Shown: positions 15,626 to 20,000 of the stretch, one piece after another
Position numbering within the stretch: the stretch's first letter is position 1
Layout of the letters: the number at the start of each line of letters is the position of its first letter
Origin: an uncultured virus (IMG/VR IMGVR_UViG_3300046463_000302)
Taxonomy: Duplodnaviria > Heunggongvirae > Uroviricota > Caudoviricetes
Length of the DNA: 20,000 bases
Reading direction: 5' to 3' (one strand)
Virus record (IMG/VR): IMGVR_UViG_3300046463_000302
Program-made: the position numbers and the translations under genes
Notes under the pieces: model-generated
The model's input: the letters and a program-made list of their open reading frames with translations, nothing else
What the model was told of the DNA's origin: nothing
Databases searched by the model: none

Positions 15626-16390
15626 ATGAGCACGAAGATTGACCGCGTCGTACACGCGAACCAACTGATTCAGGTGATCGCCGCGCACGGCCGGCGATTC
15701 TTCTACTGCAAGAGCAAGGACACGTACGCGCGCATCGAACTGGACGCGCGCGGTCGCGTGCGCTTCGTTGACGACTACACGCAGAAGCCCGTCTACACGC
15801 ACGACAACGGCCGCTGGAATGGCTTCACGCACGGCGGCACGCTGCGCGGGCTGGTGGAGTGCATACGCGACTACATCATGCACGGCACGCCGGTACCGCG
15901 CTGGCGCATCGCGACGCCGCAGCTGGGCGACAGTCCGGACGACATTTGGGGCTACGGACCCGAGGCCGCCAAAGCCGTGCGCGAAGCCGCGTTCGCACTG
16001 CCGATCATGGCTCGCGACCCGAATGAGCCGCGCGAGTACTACGTTATCAGCGTCCACCACACGTACCGCAACCATCGGTACATCACGCTGTGGGCGCCGG
16101 ATGACAAGGGTTACGTGTTTCGCGCAACGAGAGCGGGCCGCTACAACGAGGCCCGCGTGCGCGACAAGATCGGCTACTACAACGACGGCTGTTCGAACAT
16201 CGCCGTGCCGTGCGACGTCATCGACGCGCACACGGTCATGACCACGCCCGCCGACCGTCTGGATGGAGAGGACGGCCCCGCATTGCTCAACACCCGCGCC
16301 AACTGGAAGCTGTTGCTCGCTAACGTCATTGAGACGCCGCAGTACCCGCCCGAGCCGCAGTTCCCCGGCGCACGCAGGGAGAAGCGCTGA
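15626..16390 (+). CDS. Conserved hypothetical phage protein (apparently two domains)
   Basis: 254 aa. ANQLIQVIAAHGRRFF...WNGFTHGGTLRGLVE...WGY, then YYVISVHHT...YITLWAPDDKGY. Confidence 0.8.
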   Translation: MSTKIDRVVHANQLIQVIAAHGRRFFYCKSKDTYARIELDARGRVRFVDDYTQKPVYTHDNGRWNGFTHGGTLRGLVECIRDYIMHGTPVPRWRIATPQLGDSPDDIWGYGPEAAKAVREAAFALPIMARDPNEPREYYVISVHHTYRNHRYITLWAPDDKGYVFRATRAGRYNEARVRDKIGYYNDGCSNIAVPCDVIDAHTVMTTPADRLDGEDGPALLNTRANWKLLLANVIETPQYPPEPQFPGARREKR

Positions 16391-16719
16391 TGTATCCGAT
16401 CAAGTCAACCGTCGAGCCGACGCCCGGCAATTGGAAGTCCGCGCACGGCTGCGTGTGGGCGCACGACGAAACGGAATTCGTCCACGGCATGTTCATTGAT
16501 CGCACCGAGCCAAAGTTGGTCGCGACGATCTACGGCAAAGAATCCGTCGCAGGCGACGATCCGCACGTTGTGGCCAACACCAACCTGATCGCCGCAGCCA
16601 AGGATTTGCTCGAGGTCGCCGAGAGCATCGCCAGCAATGAGGCGCTCTCGTCCGCGCTGCGCAAGAAGGCCCGCGCCGCTGTGCGCAAAGCCAAGGGCAT
16701 CGCGGGGAAACGATCATGA
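16390..16719 (+). CDS. Hypothetical phage protein (TPGxW...LIAAA..LLE family)
   Basis: TGATG overlap. PTPGNW...ANTNLIAAAKDLLE. Confidence 0.8.
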   Translation: MYPIKSTVEPTPGNWKSAHGCVWAHDETEFVHGMFIDRTEPKLVATIYGKESVAGDDPHVVANTNLIAAAKDLLEVAESIASNEALSSALRKKARAAVRKAKGIAGKRS

Positions 16720-17165
16720 GCACGCAACCCGCAGAAGAGGGCAAGCCGCTCCAGACGATCGTGCGCAAGACCATGACCGACGAGGAACGCCAGCGCCGCC
16801 GGGAACTGGAGAAGCGCTACCTCCGCTACAAGTGCCACGAATGCGACGCGACATACGAGGACGATTACGACGCAAAGAATTGCTGCGGTCCGGATTCCGT
16901 CTATGTCTGCCCATCGTGCGACGAGCACCACTACAGCATTGAGAGCGCGCAGGAGTGCGAAGCCGGTCACGGCGTACTGACTGATGGACCGCTCTCGCTC
17001 TCCCGCTGCCCGGTGTGCAAAGAGCCCGGCCAAGACGTCGAGGATGCAATCGAGTGCTGCTTGTGGAAAACGATGCCGCACGCAGACCGCCTAGATCTCG
17101 AGCGCCTTGTCCGCTGCGGGCGCACCGACGAAGCAAACGCAATCGTCGCAGCGAGGCTCCACTGA
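16716..17165 (+). CDS. Cys-rich multi-zinc-finger protein
   Basis: Three repeats of a CxxC-x9-A-x2-C pattern. Confidence 0.75.
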   Translation: MSTQPAEEGKPLQTIVRKTMTDEERQRRRELEKRYLRYKCHECDATYEDDYDAKNCCGPDSVYVCPSCDEHHYSIESAQECEAGHGVLTDGPLSLSRCPVCKEPGQDVEDAIECCLWKTMPHADRLDLERLVRCGRTDEANAIVAARLH

Positions 17166-17371
17166 TGGCCGATAAAAAACACATCGGGCGCAACGGCGCA
17201 GGTTCCGCCCCTTTCTGCAATGGAGGATCAACACGCCTGCTACGCGTAGGTATCAGCATCATCGACTTCAAGCGCGCACCCAAGGCACTGCGTTGCGCAC
17301 GCTGTGTGGCAGTCGCTTCTGCCAAGGGGCTCTTGTCGTCCAGTAAGGCGGCAAGTAAGGCCGCCCGTTGA
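17165..17371 (+). CDS. Small basic hypothetical protein
   Basis: TGATG overlap. MADKKHIGRNG...CARC, 68 aa. Confidence 0.6.
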   Translation: MADKKHIGRNGAGSAPFCNGGSTRLLRVGISIIDFKRAPKALRCARCVAVASAKGLLSSSKAASKAAR

Positions 17372-17399
17372 ATTTTCATGACAAAGTCATAAGGAGGAA

Positions 17400-17678
17400 A
17401 TGACGATGGCAACTCCAATTTCAGCCGATATTCCGCTCGATTTCGAAAGCGAGATCGGCGCGACGCTCGAATGCACGCTGAAGGCGCGCTTCTACTACGA
17501 GCCGGCGCAACGTGGCGCACGCGAGAATGGTGTCCAGATGGAACCGGATTATCCGGAGGGCATCGAGGTCGAGGACGCGACGCTGATGCTGGGCGATGCG
17601 CAGCTACCGTTCAAGCTCGACGAAAAGAAGGTCGAGGAACTGTGCTGGAACCACCTGAAGAGTTTGACGGAGCACTGA
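17400..17678 (+). CDS. Small acidic hypothetical protein
   Basis: AAGGAGG RBS at 17391-17397. About 19 D/E versus 8 K/R in 92 aa (manual count). Confidence 0.8.
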   Translation: MTMATPISADIPLDFESEIGATLECTLKARFYYEPAQRGARENGVQMEPDYPEGIEVEDATLMLGDAQLPFKLDEKKVEELCWNHLKSLTEH

Positions 17679-17773
17679 TGCGCGCCGAGTTCATCGCATG
17701 GGTACGAGGCACGGTCGACGCGGCATTGCTGCTGTTTGCCGTGCTGACTGTTTTAGAGGCGATATTCCGATGA
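17678..17773 (+). CDS. 31-aa hydrophobic peptide
   Basis: Overlaps both neighbours (TGATG, ATGA). MRAEFIAWVRGTVDAALLLFAVLTVLEAIFR. Confidence 0.55.
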   Translation: MRAEFIAWVRGTVDAALLLFAVLTVLEAIFR

Positions 17774-17979
17774 CCGGAGCCAAGTTGAAGGCATGGCGCG
17801 CCCGCCACAACCTGACGCAGCCGCGCGCTGCTGAAGCGTTGGGCGTGGCGCTTTTCACGATCAAGAGTTGGGAGGCGGGCCGGCACGCTGTATCTGGCCC
17901 TGCAGCCTATTTGTGCGCCGTGGCCGACAGGATCGGTGTTGCGGCGCTGCAGGACATTACGCAGAGGGAAGCAGCATGA
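17770..17979 (+). CDS. Small XRE-family HTH regulator
   Basis: MTGAKLKAWRARHNLTQPRAAEALGVALFTIKSWEAGRHAV. GAGG RBS. Confidence 0.88.
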   Translation: MTGAKLKAWRARHNLTQPRAAEALGVALFTIKSWEAGRHAVSGPAAYLCAVADRIGVAALQDITQREAA

Positions 17980-19370
17980 GCAAAGGTGAGAATGTTCGGG
18001 ACACGAATACCGATACAGGCGCGGCGAAATTGAAGCCGTGTCCGTTTTGCGGTGGGCCTGTAGCGCTCGAGCGAGCCCGCGACACGCGAGACCCAATCAT
18101 GGGTAATCGAAAATGGTGGGGCGTCGTCTGTCGCAACACAACGAATCACGGCGGCACTTGCTGCATGGAGCAGGTGCCCAGCGCGAGCGAGCACGCCGCT
18201 ATCGAGCGATGGAACCGCCGCGCCCTGCTTGCAAGCAAGCCTGCCGTGCATGTGCCGCTGACGGACGATCAACTGGAACTGATGGCGAGCCAGAGCGGTC
18301 TCTACGGCGTTCGCAAAGCAGCGGCAGCATACGCACGCGAAGTGCTCGCTGCTTCCACCGCTCCCGCGCAATCGACCGATGATGCGCGCGCAGCAGTGGA
18401 CTTCTATGCGGCTAATCCGAGCGCCGCACTAGTGGATTTCCAGAAGCGCTTCGCTCCCGCGCAATCGTGCGGTGACGCCGAGCAAGCAGCCTATAGCGCA
18501 CCATTCACGACAGATGCGCCGCATTGCTGCGGCAATCCTGACACTTGCAACGATCCGTGTGAGCAGATTAGTTGGACCTCTGCACAACTAGACGCATTGC
18601 TAGAGGACGCCGATCGACTCGGAAAATACAAGGGTTTCGTTTCCCGCACCCTGTTTGATTGTGCCCGCGTTATCCGTGAGTTTCGCGCCGCAATCACCGG
18701 CGAAAAGCAGGCAGAGCAAGAGGCAGATGGTCCGTGTTGCAAAGGAATGGCACCCTCGGATGACTGCTGGCAGGAATGCGGAGGCACAAAAAAGCGCCCT
18801 TCTCGCGCCGCATCCACGCAAGCAGGGTTGTTGGATGAGCAAATCATTGATGAATGGGTCAAACGTAGGTTTTCCGATATTCCAGAACGCCACAACCCAT
18901 GCAAAGAGACGATCGCCAGCGAGCAAGCAGACGTCCCGTTGCGCGCCGCTGTTGAGTCGATGGTTTGCATGCTGGAAAACGGCGAATGGGCCGAGCACGC
19001 ATCGACGTACAAAGCGCCGGGCGACAAGCTGGCCGCGCGACTCGAAGCAGCCATTACCGACCTGCATAACGAACTCTCGGGTGACAGCGAGCAAGCAGAC
19101 GAGGCGGCGACGGATGCTTTCGCCCGACTAGTTGCGTTCCACGCCGAGCAGCTAGACAGCAACCCGTATTGCTATTTTGAGCTGGCATACACGCGCTCGA
19201 CTGCCTGGATGGCATGGATCACAGACCGTCCCGCGCAGGGCGAGCCCGGCACCGCCGCATACGCCAAGTCGCGCAAAGTGATCGTGCGGGGACAGGGCGA
19301 TACACCGACCGAAGCATGCCAAGACGCACTGAATGCGCTGAACGCCGCCCGCGCAAAGGACAGCAAATGA
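17976..19370 (+). CDS. Lar-family (restriction alleviation) domain fused to mosaic modules
   Basis: LKPCPFCGG...VVC..C...AAIERWNRR at the N-terminus. The remainder is modular with repeated PAQS/EQA linkers. Confidence 0.8.
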   Translation: MSKGENVRDTNTDTGAAKLKPCPFCGGPVALERARDTRDPIMGNRKWWGVVCRNTTNHGGTCCMEQVPSASEHAAIERWNRRALLASKPAVHVPLTDDQLELMASQSGLYGVRKAAAAYAREVLAASTAPAQSTDDARAAVDFYAANPSAALVDFQKRFAPAQSCGDAEQAAYSAPFTTDAPHCCGNPDTCNDPCEQISWTSAQLDALLEDADRLGKYKGFVSRTLFDCARVIREFRAAITGEKQAEQEADGPCCKGMAPSDDCWQECGGTKKRPSRAASTQAGLLDEQIIDEWVKRRFSDIPERHNPCKETIASEQADVPLRAAVESMVCMLENGEWAEHASTYKAPGDKLAARLEAAITDLHNELSGDSEQADEAATDAFARLVAFHAEQLDSNPYCYFELAYTRSTAWMAWITDRPAQGEPGTAAYAKSRKVIVRGQGDTPTEACQDALNALNAARAKDSK

Positions 19371-19999
19371 ACACGACAAATCACACTTCGCCGAGCGGTG
19401 AGGAACTGAAGCGTTGCCCGTTTTGCGGCGATGAAGCGGAGCACATTCACGTCTTTGCATACGAAGAAATCGTTCGATGCAGAAACGCATGCTGCTTCGT
19501 GCGTCCGTCCGTGACTTGCGAGTTGCCCGAGGAATGCATGGAGTTGTGGAACCGCCGCGCCGCTGTCAGCGGTGAGGACGCCGCCAATGGGGCGATTGGG
19601 GAGCGGGAAGCGTTTGATGTGAAGCGCGCCGAAGCTGACTTCAAGCGAGCGTTTAAAGGAAAGTCTTACGCGCCGTTCGAAATCCTGTCGATGTTCGAAG
19701 CGTGGCAGGAATGCATGACGTTTTACGGCTTCGCGACGCCCGATCATAGCGCGCTGTACATCGCGGAAAAGCTGACAGGCTCAACAAAAGATGCATCGTT
19801 TGTACAGGCACACATCAATCAGGCCGTGTCTGAGGCGATGGACCGCGCCGCTCTCACCGCCGAAAAGGTGGCAGCGGAGCCGGTGGCGATTGTCCGTGAC
19901 AATCCTGACGACATTGGAACGATCATCGAGGCAACGCGCCCACTCGAAGTCGGGACGCAACTCTATCTCGCCGCCCCACAACAGCCCGCGCAATCTGCC
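19367..19999 (+). CDS. Second Lar-family mosaic protein (runs off window end)
   Basis: Not in the ORF track. ATGA overlap. MNTTNHTSPSGEELKRCPFCGDEA...RCRNACC...ELWNRRAA...EREAF...AEPVA...LYLAAPQQPAQSA, open to the window end. Confidence 0.8.
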   Translation, partial: MNTTNHTSPSGEELKRCPFCGDEAEHIHVFAYEEIVRCRNACCFVRPSVTCELPEECMELWNRRAAVSGEDAANGAIGEREAFDVKRAEADFKRAFKGKSYAPFEILSMFEAWQECMTFYGFATPDHSALYIAEKLTGSTKDASFVQAHINQAVSEAMDRAALTAEKVAAEPVAIVRDNPDDIGTIIEATRPLEVGTQLYLAAPQQPAQSA

Positions 20000-20000
20000 G

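Overview
This window is the early/middle region of a temperate tailed phage or prophage. It is GC-rich, and a betaproteobacterial (Burkholderia-like) host is inferred. The left arm (- strand) carries a CI-like repressor, a YqaJ-type exonuclease and RecT (truncated at the window edge). The right arm (+ strand) carries a Cro-like HTH, SSB, a TraR/DksA-like Zn finger, DUF1364 and VRR-NUC nucleases, a T5orf172/GIY-YIG-like protein, a C5 DNA methyltransferase, a replication initiator with an internal iteron-like origin, a DUF6475-type partner, a short DNA Pol III beta-clamp homologue, many small hypothetical genes and the terminase small subunit. After terS comes a terminator and a separately promoted accessory cluster ending in an HTH gene and two Lar-family mosaic genes. 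From memory, the gene order resembles Bcep22-like podophages; this was not checked. The most notable non-obvious signals are: (1) a +1-frame gene with its own RBS overprinted inside the methyltransferase; (2) a GCAC-periodic leader element ending in CCGCACC 17-19 nt before four start codons; (3) a 21-bp GTGGTW-N9-WACCAC-like operator family at four promoters and one intergenic region; (4) a roughly two-domain clamp with candidate clamp-binding clients; (5) a putative anti-defence island with repeat-bounded shuffled modules. All family assignments come from motif recognition by eye, not database searches.
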